A stretch of 63,101 nt of DNA, the filler included, from Chiloscyllium plagiosum (taxonomy: Eukaryota), in the NCBI RefSeq assembly GCF_004010195.1. It is 4 parts of one record of this genome, joined end to end, with 100 filler letters (N's around TTAATTAATTAA, not from the genome) between each part and the next. Parts side by side here need not be neighbours in the genome. Positions count along the whole stretch, not along the records: positions 1 to 19,084 come from NC_057717.1; 3 more parts are not named here. One strand, 5' to 3'. The position numbers and the translations under genes were made by a program. The first letter of the stretch is position 1. Each line of letters begins with the position of its first letter. Positions 1 to 10,073 of this stretch are shown one piece after another. The notes under the pieces are model-generated. The model ran no database searches. It was not told where the DNA came from and saw nothing but the letters and a program-made list of their open reading frames with translations.

Positions 1-440
1 GGATTGGAAGGAGAAGTTGTTCAGGGTGAGGACCAGTTCAGTCAGTCGAAGGAGGGTGTCTGTGGAAGGGTACTGGTCGGTACGGCGGGAAAGGAAGAAG
101 CGGAGGGCTTTGAGTCCTTCGTGATGGGGGATGGAGGTGTACAGGAACTGGATGTCCATGGTGAAGATAAGGCGTTGGGGACTGGGGAAGCGAAAATCAT
201 GGATCAGGTGGAGGGCATGGGTGGTGTCCCGAACGTAGGTGGGGAGTTCTTGGACTAAGGGGGACAGGACGGTGTCAAGGTATGCGGAGATGAGTTCAGT
301 GGGGCAGGAGCAGGCGGAGACAATGGGTCGGCCGGGGCAGTCAGGTTTGTGGATTTTGGGCAGAAGGTCGAAGCGGGAGGTGCGGGGTTGTGGGACTATG
401 AGGTTGGAGGCGGTGGATGGGAGATCCCCCGAGGTGATGT
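1..440 (-). mobile_element. Penelope-like element reverse transcriptase fragment (runs off the window start)
   Basis: Manual minus-strand translation is open: ITSGDLPSTASNLIVPQPRTSRFDLLPKIHKPDCPGRPIVSACSCPTELISAYLDTVLSPLVQELPTYVRDTTHAL...FTMDIQFLYTSIP...LVLTLNNFSF. LPKIHK...RPIVS and DxxxLYTSIP are PLE RT motifs. Confidence 0.9.
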
Positions 441-441
441 G

Positions 442-568
442 TGGATTTTGGGCAGGAGGTAGAAGCGGGAGGTGCGGGGTGGATTTTGGGCAGGAGGTAG
501 AAGCGGAAGGTGCGGGGTGGATTTTGGGCAGGAGGTAGAAGCGGGAGGTGCGGGGTGGATTTTGGGCA
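442..568. repeat. 38-bp tandem repeat (~3.3 units) copied from the adjacent PLE RT
   Basis: Unit tggattttgggcaggaggtagaagcgggaggtgcgggg starts at 442, 480, 518 and partially at 556; source segment at ~350-387. Confidence 0.95.
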
Positions 569-984
569 AGAGCCAGGGTTTTCCAATTACACTTCGCAAA
601 TCACCTCAAAGCGTGTGGGACAGTCTTGAAGGGCCAAAAGTTCTCCTCTGTTTCTGTGCAAAAGGTTATAGGAGTAAGTAGCCTCCAACTGCTCCTGTCT
701 AGTAGGTGTGAGGGTCTGAATGGAACACAGGGACATGGAACTGAGGAACAGGATTGGGTCATTAGATACTTTGAGCCTGCTCCACCAGGCACTAAGATTT
801 TAGCTGATCAGGTTGTGGTTTCAGCCCCACTTTCCTGTCTGTGTCCCATTATCTGTGACTCACCTCTCTCAAATATTTACCTAACGCAGCTTTCAATCAA
901 TGTGAACATAGAGACACGATAGACTTCCAGTGAAGAGAATTCCAACTTGAAAGGTCCTTTGAGAATTATTCCTCATCCCTCTTA

Positions 985-1998
985 TAGAATCAGAGAGTCA
1001 TGCAGAACCGAAACAGACTCGTTAGTCCAACCTGTTCACTCCGATCGGATATCAAATCTGATTTCGTGCTATTTGCCAGCATTTGGCCAATATTCGTCCT
1101 GTGATTGTACCCGCCTTGACCACTTCCTCTGACAGCACTTTCTCATCACACACTACTCTCTGTGTGAAACATTTATCTTCAGGTTCCTTCTAAATCATTC
1201 ACCCTCTCCCCTTCAACCTATGCCCTCTTGTTCTGGACTCCCCTATGCTTGGGAGCAGAACATGGCTGTTCAGAATATCCATGCCCCTGATGATTTTATA
1301 AACCTCTATAATGTTACCCCTCAACCTCTGACACTCCAGGAGGGAGCACCTCAACGTAATCAGCCTCTCCCTAAAGCTCAAACCTTCAGTCCTGGAACAT
1401 CTGTGTAAGTCATATCTGCAGAAAACCGAGTTGTACACAATATTCTTAAAGTGGCCTCACCAACATCCTGTACAGATACAACATACCACCACAACTCCTA
1501 CACTCAATGCTCTGACTGATTAAGACAAATGTGCCAAATGTGTTCTGTCCCACTCTGTCTACCTGCGACTCCACTTTCAAGGAACAATGTACCTGCAGCC
1601 CGATGTCCCTTTGTTCCACAATACTCCCCTGGACCTTACCATTAAGTGTATAACCGCTGCCCTGATTTGCCTTTCCAAAATGCAAAACCTCGTCTTTATC
1701 TAAATTAAACTTCACCTGCCACTCCTTGCCCCTTTGTACCATCAAATTGTGGTCTCGTTGTACTCTGAGCTAATCTACTACACCACATTTCTGATGTCAT
1801 CTGTAAACTTACTATGGCCCCAATATTCACATCTAAATCCTTTACGTAAATGATGAAATGCAGTGAACTCAGTACTGATTCTTGCAGCACACTGCTGCTC
1901 ACAAGCCTCCAGTCTGAAAAATATATCTCTTCCTTCAAGACAATTGTGACTAGCTTCTTCTGTATCCCACGTGACTGAAACTTACTCATCTGTCTACC
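985..1998 (-). mobile_element. CR1/HER1-like LINE, decayed 3' part of ORF2
   Basis: ORFs 1446-1745 (EWQVKFNLDKDEVLHFGKAN), 1705-1989 (SSVLQESVLSSLHFIIYVKDLD) and 1199-1438 (RLRGNIIEVYKIIRG). Paralogue at ~21105-21765. Confidence 0.9.
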
Positions 1999-1999
1999 A

Positions 2000-2458
2000 A
2001 TCAGAATGAAATACTAGCTATGAAGAGAGACTGAGTAGGTTAGGTTTATTTTCACTAGAAAAAAAGGAGATTGAGGGGGGACCTGGTTGACGTTTTCAAA
2101 ATCATGAAGGGTATAGACAGGGTGGATATAGACAAGCTTTTTCCCGGTGAAGGATTCAGTAACGAGAGGTCGTGCTTTCAAAGTGAGACGTGGAAAGTGT
2201 AAGGGGGATACACGCGGTAAGAACTTCACACAGAGGGTGGTGGGTGTTTGGAAAGCGTTGCCAGCAGAGGTGGTAGAGGCAGGTACGGCAGATTCATTTA
2301 AGATGCGTCTGGACAGATGCATGAGTAGGTGGGGAGCTGAGGGAGACAGATGCTTGGGAATTGACCGACAGGTTTAGACAGTACATTTTGATCGGCTCAG
2401 GCTTGGAGGGCGAAGGGCCTGTTCCTGGGCTGTAAATTTTCTTTGCTCTTTGTTCTTT
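2000..2458 (+). mobile_element. 5'-truncated CR1 LINE 3' end nested in the older minus-strand CR1
   Basis: TRGRAFKVR...NFTQRVVGVWKALP C-terminus, gaagggcctgtt 3' motif and ttctttgctctttgttcttt tail. Confidence 0.9.
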
Positions 2459-2461
2459 AAA

Positions 2462-2706
2462 TGAACCCCTTCTGAAGTCCATATAGACAATGTCTACCAA
2501 ACTGCCTTCATCAATCTTCTTTGTCACCTCTTCATAAAACTCAGCCAAATTAATGAGACATGGTTTCCCATGCAGAAAGCCACGTTGTCTACTACGATCA
2601 GCCCTTGCCTTCCCAAATGTATGTAAATGCTATCCCTCAGAATCCCCTCCAACAACTTACCCACCACTGACATCAGACTCACTGGTCTATAGTTCCCCGG
2701 CTTTTT
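2462..2706 (-). mobile_element. CR1 RT fragment (continuation of the host LINE)
   Basis: EFYEEVTKKIDEGSLVDIVYMDF; paralogue at ~18660-18906. Confidence 0.9.
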
Positions 2707-3247
2707 GGGTCACTGTTTCATTTTCTCGTCCCACTCTCCACTGCTCACAACAAATGTTAAATGTAACCAGGTTGGTGATATGGCCGNNNNNNNNNNNNNN
2801 NNNNNNNNNNNNNNNNNNNNNNNNNNNNNNNNNNNNNNNNNNNNNNNNNNNNNNNNNNNNNNNNNNNNNNNNNNNNNNNNNNNNNNNNNNNNNNNNNNNN
2901 NNNNNNNNNNNNNNNNNNNNNNNNNNNNNNNNNNNNNNNNNNNNNNNNNNNNNNNNNNNNNNNNNNNNNNNNNNNNNNNNNNNNNNNNNNNNNNNNNNNN
3001 NNNNACACACACACACACACACACTGTGCAAGTTTAACTTGAAAGAATTTGTCTAAATATTATTGGATCTTATGACAAAGGAAAAATTGCGAGATTGTCC
3101 AAAACGTTATTCTGCTTCTGAAAATATTGTACTCACACCAGCTGCTAGCAATGGGATTTCATTCTGGGAGATTTTGGATTTGGCTGAATTCCCTTCGCTT
3201 TAGGCAGTGAGTAGATTCCAGTGAATTCTGGTCAGTGATCACCCAAA

Positions 3248-3545
3248 GGGTAGCACGGTGGTTAGCACTGCTGCCTCACAGAACTCGGGATTTGGGGTCG
3301 ATGCCAGCCTTGGGTGACTGTCTGTGTGGAGTTTGCACAATCTCCCCTTGTCTGTGTGAGCTTCTAACGGGTGATCTAGTTTCCTACTACAAACTGTACA
3401 GGTTCGGTGGATTGGTCATGCTAAATTGTCCGTAGTGATCTGGGATTTCTAGGTTATGTGCAATAGTCAGGGGTGAATATAGGGGAATGGGTTGGGAAGG
3501 TTGGAATGGACTTGTTGGACCGAAGGGCCTGTTTCAACACTGCAG
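3248..3545 (+). mobile_element. HE1/V-SINE-like tRNA-derived SINE (decayed)
   Basis: gtggttagcactgctgcctcacag head, tgtgtggagtttgcaca core and CR1-shared ggacttgttggaccgaagggcctgttt tail; inverted paralogue at ~17895-18150. Confidence 0.9.
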
Positions 3546-4379
3546 TGATTCCATAAAAATAAGAATGGTAATGATGACTGTAGAGTTTTTTTCTTTAGCT
3601 CGCACACATTGCTGTGTTGAGGAACAATGAAGGAGAGAGAGTGCAATAGGCCGTTCCTTCTCAGGCAAATTATATTTTCTCCCTCTCTGAGTGAATCACA
3701 CAGGAATGTCATCCTCTCCCAAACTCGACCATGTGAGGTCTCCTTGCACATTGTCCAAAACTATGTCTCCATCACATTCCCTGCTCCATGTAGATGGATC
3801 ATTGCTGCTGTCATACACAGAGCCACATCCTTCGCAGAAAATGGTCTCGGTCAATTTGAAGATATGTATATATATATCCCTGCGTCATTAAAAAATAAAA
3901 ATGTTTAATTTATTCAGAATACCTGTGTTAAACTGAATGCATTTTTAACAGAAATACAGAAATTGCTGGAAAAGCTCGCCAGGTCTGTCAGTACCCAGAT
4001 GCCTTTTACATGCTGTAGTTGTACCAGCCTCCACCACTTCCTCTGGCAGCTCATTCCATATGCACACCACCCTCTGTGTGAAAAAGTGCCCTTTCGGTCT
4101 GATCAAAACCTTTCCTCTCTCACTTTCAACCAATGCCCTCTAGTTTTGGACGCCCCTAACCTGGGGAAAAACCCTGACTACTCACCCTATCCATGACCGT
4201 TCTGATTTCATAAACCTTTACTGCTGCAATATGTGACTCCAATCAACACGAATAGCTGTGCTTTCACTCATCCTGGGCCGAAATTCTGAATTGCAATACT
4301 AACATCTCTTCCTTCTCCATCAAGTCACAATTCTAAATCCATTTTAATCAGTTTGTACAGATGTATCATGAGACACCTC

Positions 4380-4635
4380 TGTGGGCTTGACACCGAGACC
4401 TTTGTGCCCAGAAGTAGGGATACTAGCATCACTCAGCAATACCGATAAAGCTGTAACAGTATTCTCCTGTGTGTTTGTTCATCAGACTGTCCTGACATGC
4501 TGTGACATACCTCTGCAACAGGCAGGACTTGAATCCAGGTCTTCTAGTCCAGAGGTAGGAACACTACCACGCAAGTTGAGGAATTGGAATCAAATCCAGA
4601 CCTCTGGCTCAGAGACAGGGTCACTACCCACGACA
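4380..4635 (-). repeat. Three consecutive tRNA-like SINE heads
   Basis: ggacttgaatccagg...cagaggtaggaacactacc-type motif at ~4382, ~4525 and ~4586; its reverse complement carries the B-box-like ggattcaagtcc. Paralogue at ~16860-16990. Confidence 0.55.
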
Positions 4636-5254
4636 AATACCATACCCAGATTTTGAGTCATATTTTAAGTGCCCACTTTCAGCTCGATATGGATTTATTA
4701 TAATCAGGTTACCATTTCTGAATGACAAAAAATACTTTGTATTATTAAACAAATGCAAGATATTTGTCTCAACTTAGACTATTGAGTGTACTTGCTATGC
4801 TATCAAAATTAATTATTAACATCTTTAATTGCTATTATCTGGAGTCTGCAATATTAAGGAAAGAAATCCTCCAGACACAATCTGCCAAATGAAGGGTCTC
4901 AAATAGATATTTATCACTGAACACCAGAGACGAAGGAAGACCTTAATGTCTGAACCCAAAACACCCAACACTCTTACCCAACTCTCACGTACGACTCCCC
5001 TCTTTCTAAAACCATGAAATGACACCAGGCCGCTGATTACTATCCAGCCTCTCCTCCCCACTGACTGTGTCTGCAATCTGTCTCTCCTCCCCCTAACAAT
5101 ACAATGCATCCCAATCTCAGGGTCTTTGTGAAAATCAAGGCCGGAGTGTGTAGGCATCGTGGAGACGGTTCGGCATTTTAAAATTGAAGGGGGAGGGTGA
5201 GGTGGCATTAATATCACACACTGGGCTGAGGGGTATCTGATGGAGTTTAGTTTG

Positions 5255-6012
5255 GATTCATTTGAGGTATTGGGTTTGGTAAATCAAACAACAGCAGGAC
5301 CTATACAATTAAAAGTAGAGCCTTTGTCAGTGCTGTAGTACAGAGATCTAGGCCGTCAGGTTTAATTCTTTAAAATTTGCATCTGAAATAGATAGTGTGG
5401 TTAGGAACGTTTTTAACACACATGTCTTCAAAGGACAGACCTTTGAGTCTCACAATTTGGACATCAATGTTGTGGTTGTGCAGAACATTGCTGAGACCCC
5501 TTCTGGAATACTGTGTCCAGTCTGGTCACCCTGCCCGCTCATTCCATAGGCACACCACCCTCTGGGTGAAAACGCTGCCTCTTAGGTCACTTTTAAGTGT
5601 TTCCCCTCTCACCTTAAACCTATGTCCTCTAGTTTTGGACTCCCCATACCCTTAGAAAATACCTTGACTCTTCACTTAAATATTATTGACCTTGATATTA
5701 TTAAGCTGGTGAGGATTGAGAAGAGATTAACCTGGATGTTGCTGGGAAAGGAGGGAGTGAGCTATAAGGAGAGGCTGGATATGCTGGGATTTTTATCACT
5801 GAAGAATATGAGATTAAGCAGTAACTTTACACACGTTTATAAAATAATGAAGGTAACAGAAACGCTGAAGGGCTGATGTCTTTTCTCTAGAGTTGGGGAT
5901 TCAAACCTGAGGGATATTTTAAGGTGCAAGGAAAAAAGATTTACAAAAGTGATGAGAGGTAATTATGTTAGACAGAATCTGGCTTGTGTGTGGAATGAAC
6001 TTCCAGAGGAAA
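5255..6012 (+). mobile_element. CR1 3' fragment containing an opposite-strand CR1 piece at ~5535-5655
   Basis: LRPLLEYCVQ...KRLTWMLLG...SYKERLD on +, with HTTLWVKTLPL (reverse of the FTQRVV region) embedded. The same composite is at ~15465-16265 (-) and ~22450-23225 (+). Confidence 0.85.
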
Positions 6013-6619
6013 AATGCTCAATTTGCCTTGTAAACTGTTAAAATATGAGTGACAGAGAAGTACAAAATTCCACTGTTTAAACAAAAATATCAATTTTTTT
6101 TAACTCTGAAAGTGAACATTTTACATCAACTATTCACAACTCTGAGACCCCATTATCTTAACTGCTTATTACCCTACTCCAACTCTATAGCAATATACTG
6201 TTTCAAAAAGACGCTTATTAAAATTACACAAACGTAATTTCAAAACCACACAGCAGCTGTTGTTTCATCTGACCTCACACCAATCTCCCTTTTTCCCACC
6301 TTTCCTGGGAAGACTGGCTCATGTTACAGGATGCTATCCAAGTGTCTACATTTCAGCATTCTGAAACCTGGGAATACATCCTTCCATGACACTGTCTCTC
6401 AGTCTCCCCATCTCTGTCTATACCACAAACCCCTCCCATTAAGGTGATATTTAAACTGATTCCCCCGCCATCTCTCTCTGGCAGTGATGTTCACACCCAC
6501 AGCACCCCCTTGTCAGGGCACAATTGAGATATGGAGCTGTAATTGGGTGGGACCTGTACATCCTGTCACTTCCAACATGGGCTGCAAGTTTCCCCACACT
6601 GGGCAGGGATCTAACACAG

Positions 6620-7570
6620 TGCTACTGAGCAGTTCACTGGGGTGGGATACACAGCACTACATGCTGTGAGGGTAACTGCTCCTGGGTTACAGATCAATGC
6701 ACTGAGAAGGTGTACATAGTCCTACATGCTGGGAGGGTAACTGCTCCTGTTTACAGATCAATGCACTGGGGTGGTGTACACAGTCCTACATGCTGGGAGG
6801 GTAACTGCTCCTGGTTTACAGATTAATTCACGGGTGATCACTGCACAGGTCGCTGTGCTGGTCAGACTATCTGGTTGTGGTTTATAGATAATACAATGAT
6901 GTGGTTTGTGTAGTTCCTTATGCTGGATGGATATTTGTTTCAGGTCCACAGCTCCCAGTGCTGGATAGATATCTAGTCCGCGATTATAGATCAATGCACT
7001 GCTGTGGTCTGCACAGCTCCCCGTGCTGGACAGATGTCTGGTGCAGGTTGAGAGATCAATGTACTGCTGTGGTCTGCACAGCTTTTCGTGCTGGACAGAT
7101 TCTAGTCGTGGTTTATAGATCAATGCATGGGTGTGGTCTGCACTATTTCCCATGCTGAATACTTGCTGGAGGAACACCGCAATCTATGCAGCATCAGGAG
7201 GTGTAGAATTTGATTTTTCAGGTGTAGCCCTCCTTCAGGATTCTTACAGAACGGTCACACCCGTAATGTCGACCTCTCTACCTCCTGATGGTGTCTGGAT
7301 TGCTGTGTTCTCCCAGCTTCCTGCCTGTCTACTTTGGACTCCATCATCTGCAGCTTTTCTGTCTCTATCACAGCTTCCCAAACTTGACAGATGTCTAGTC
7401 TGCGTTTGAAGATAAGTGCTGTGACATGATCTGTGCAGTGTTTCACTCTGGAAAGATTGCCTGGATTCTATTGACCAGTGCAATAGATGGATCTGAACAG
7501 ATTGCTGGGCTGTAATGACCAGTACACTGGTCTGGTCTGCACAGTGTTCTACGGTGACCAGATATCTCCC
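6620..7570. repeat. ~60-bp tandem repeat array, degenerating rightwards
   Basis: Unit ~acagatcaatgcactggggtggtgtacacagtcctacatgctgggagggtaactgctcctggttt; paralogous arrays at ~11930-12440 (inverted) and ~25835-26150. Confidence 0.85.
7164..7353. mobile_element. Decayed fold-back of Penelope-type terminal repeats, present only in copy A
   Basis: Left arm gctggaggaacaccgcaatctatgcagcatcaggagg pairs imperfectly with right arm cctcctgatggtgtctggattgctgtgttctcccagc; ends in catctgcag like the elements at 35.4 and 53.8 kb. Confidence 0.65.
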
Positions 7571-7780
7571 CTGAGTTTACGGTGTTTGGACTGGTTCTGT
7601 GAGGTGAATTGAGAATGTGGTATATCTAACCCTTTCAGCTGATCTGGCAATGCCTGTAGTTCCCATTCCTGTGATTGGACCCTCCGTCTCTCACCCCATT
7701 AATGTTACAGTATGTCCAGGTACAGTACGTCATGTTGGTTGGGTGGGTGGGGGGAAAGGTGATGGATAGGTCAAGGAGTT

Positions 7781-8697
7781 TTATAACTGATATTCCCCGG
7801 AACGTTCTACCCCAACATTCTATAACTGCCATTCCCCGGAACGTTCTGTCCCCGAAATTCTATGACTGATATTCCCCAAAAAGTTCTATTCCCAACATTC
7901 TATAACTGCCATTCCCCGGAACGTTCTGTCCCCGACATTCTATAACTGATATTCCCCAGAACGTCCTGTTCCCAACATTCTATAAATGCCATTCCCCAGA
8001 ACGTTCTATCCCCAACATGCTATAACTGACATTCCCCGGAACGTCTTGTCCCCAAAATTCTATAACTGACATTCCCCGGAATGTTCTGTCCCTGACATTC
8101 TATAACTGACATTCCCTGGAAGGTTCTGTCCCTGACATTCTATAACGGACGTTCCCCGGAATGTTCTGTCCCTGACATTCTATAACTGACATTCCCCGGA
8201 ACGTTCTGTCCCTGACATTCCATAACTGACATTTCCCGGAACGTTCTGTCCCCGACATTCTATAACGGACGTTCCCCGGAACGTTCTGTCCCTGACATTC
8301 TATAACTGACATTCCCCGGAACATTCTGTCCCTGACATTCTATAACTGCCATTCTCCGGAACGTTCTGTCCCCGACATTCTATACCTCATATTCCCCGGA
8401 ACATTCTATTCCCAACATTCTATAACTGACATTCTCTGGAACGTCCTGTCCCTGACATTCTATAACTGACGTTCCCTGAACGTTCTGTCCCTGACATTCC
8501 ATAACTGACATTTCCCGGAACGTTCTGTTCCTGACATTCTATAATTGACATTTCCCAGAATGTTCTGTCCCTGACATTCCATAACTGACATTCCCCGGAA
8601 CGTTCTGTCCCTGACATTCTATAACTGACATTCCCCGGAATGTTCTGTCCCCGACATTCTATAACTGACATTCCCCGGAATGTTCTGTCCCCGACAT
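7781..8697. repeat. 40-bp minisatellite, ~23 units
   Basis: Unit cattctataactgacattccccggaacgttctgtcccyga; the phase is visible line to line. Confidence 0.98.
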
Positions 8698-9256
8698 GGT
8701 TTGTGAACGGCTGGACGTCAGTGAATTGAACAAACGATAAGATCCCGAGGGAAGAGATCCCGTTCCAGGGAGAAGGAGAATCTGTTTCGAAGGCCCCTCG
8801 GGAGTGAAAGTGGGGAATATGTTTTCCCTGTGTTTACATTTCTTCACGACACAGGATAGACCACAATTTAGACCAAAACACAGAAATTCCCAAATTCCGT
8901 TTGTCTTCAGGAAACTGGGAGAGAATCCTTCAGGACAGCAACGTTCCCACCCTCCGTATTAGGAACTGGGAAGGAGTGACCTGTGTTTGCTCTCGAGTGA
9001 TCGATTGCGTGGGAATGTTCTAGAAACCATCTGTCCTTATGGATGTGTCTCTGTGTGTTTGGGGAGGGAGGGTTTCTTGTAGTTTATGTCACATTTTTGT
9101 CAGTAATTCCGACCTTCCCATTTGTTATTACATCTCCAATTATTTGAATAAATCCCTGAATACAGGGACACATTTGAAAATCTCACTGGGTCCCCAATCA
9201 AACGGGTCCCTTTGCCTCCAGCAGATGGATAATGGGTTTGTTTTCCTTCCTCACAG

Positions 9257-9857
9257 TTAACGTAGTGACCATCTACGTCCTGCTTTATAAAGATTGTGGA
9301 TTGTCTCCATGTGTCACTACATGGAGCGGCGGATCTCCTGGTCATTATCCTCGATCTGAGACTGAGACACATTCCCATTGTTTATCCGGAACAGTTTTAT
9401 TTCCTGAAGGACTCCGTCTCCGTGTGTAATTTCCACGCCGTCCTGCTTTATGCAGCCACTGACTGCTCCATCATTTTACTGTTTGTGATCTCGGCCAATT
9501 TCATCCTGTTATGGTCAATGTTAATGCTGTATTCTACGTGGTTACGGATGGTGCGTCCTGCTTTATGCAGCCACTGACTGCTCCATAATTTTACTAATTG
9601 TGATCTCGGCCAATTTCATCCTGTTATGGTCAATGTTAATGCTGTATTCTACGTGGTTACGGATGGTGTGGATTGTGGATACCACTGTGTCTTTCCATGG
9701 CTTTGTGCAGGAATTGGGCTTCATGCTGCAGCTCCTCAGTTGCTGCACAAACACCGCGATTTATGCCGTGACCCAGACTAAGTTCAGGCAGCAGCTGAAG
9801 AATGTGCTGAAATATCCCTTCAACCAAATCCATCCATCCATCAAATTCCCTCATTAA
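9257..9857 (+). pseudogene. GPR139/GPR142-like class A GPCR, large coding exon 2, disrupted
   Basis: Acceptor ttttccttcctcacAG at 9255-9256, then (V)NVVTIYVLLYKDCGLSPCVT / frameshift / AADLLVIILDL...VCNFHAVLLYAATDCS (TM2-TM3), joined directly to IILLFVISANFILLW (TM6) and LGFMLQLLSCCTNTAIYAVTQTKFRQQLK (TM7 and helix 8); TAA at 9855-9857. The end of TM3 through TM5 is missing. Confidence 0.9.
9440..9668 (+). repeat. 115-bp tandem duplication inside the GPCR exon
   Basis: gtcctgctttatgcagcc...gttacggatggtg starts at 9440 and again at 9555, with about 3 mismatches. Confidence 0.95.
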
Positions 9858-10067
9858 TCAATCCATCCGGGATTTTCGCATTTCAGTTCAGTGTTTCAGC
9901 GATGGTGCAGCCTGTCGCTATGGTAACAGAGTGAGGGTAGCGCTGTTTTGTCCATCCTTATCCCACAGCGGGGTTACAGGGAAACATTGCAATGTTTCTC
10001 ACAACTCAGGGGTCAGTGAGAAAAGGCACCATCCCACTGACTCTATCCATCACTTCCAATTGCAAAC

Positions 10068-10073
10068 AATAAA
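10068..10073 (+). terminator. Candidate polyadenylation signal of the GPCR gene
   Basis: AATAAA ~210 bp after the stop, followed by GT-rich tgtggttgtgtatctttgtgtt at ~10112-10133. Confidence 0.5.

Larger units (their letters stand above)
570..9254 (+). other. Segmental duplication copy A (region upstream of GPCR exon 2)
   Basis: Collinear with 20690-26847 (direct) and 11068-18906 (inverted); shares the same nested LINE/SINE junctions, 60-bp array, 40-bp VNTR and unique flanks. Confidence 0.95.

Noticed and set aside
7131..7200. Peptide CWRNTAIYAA resembling the GPCR TM7 CCTNTAIYAV
   Set aside because: The DNA is the left arm of the 7164-7353 inverted repeat and pairs with its right arm; there is no flanking GPCR similarity, so this is coincidence.
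7781..8697. CRISPR-like appearance of the 40-bp array, and ORFs 8100-8324 and 8420-8671
   Set aside because: Units are head-to-tail with no unique spacers, there are no cas genes, and the context is vertebrate. The ORFs are translations of the repeat.
9251..9257. CACAGTT at the splice acceptor as a RAG heptamer-like site explaining the copy B breakpoint
   Set aside because: No nonamer is evident at 12 or 23 bp, and the break falls after CAC rather than before it.
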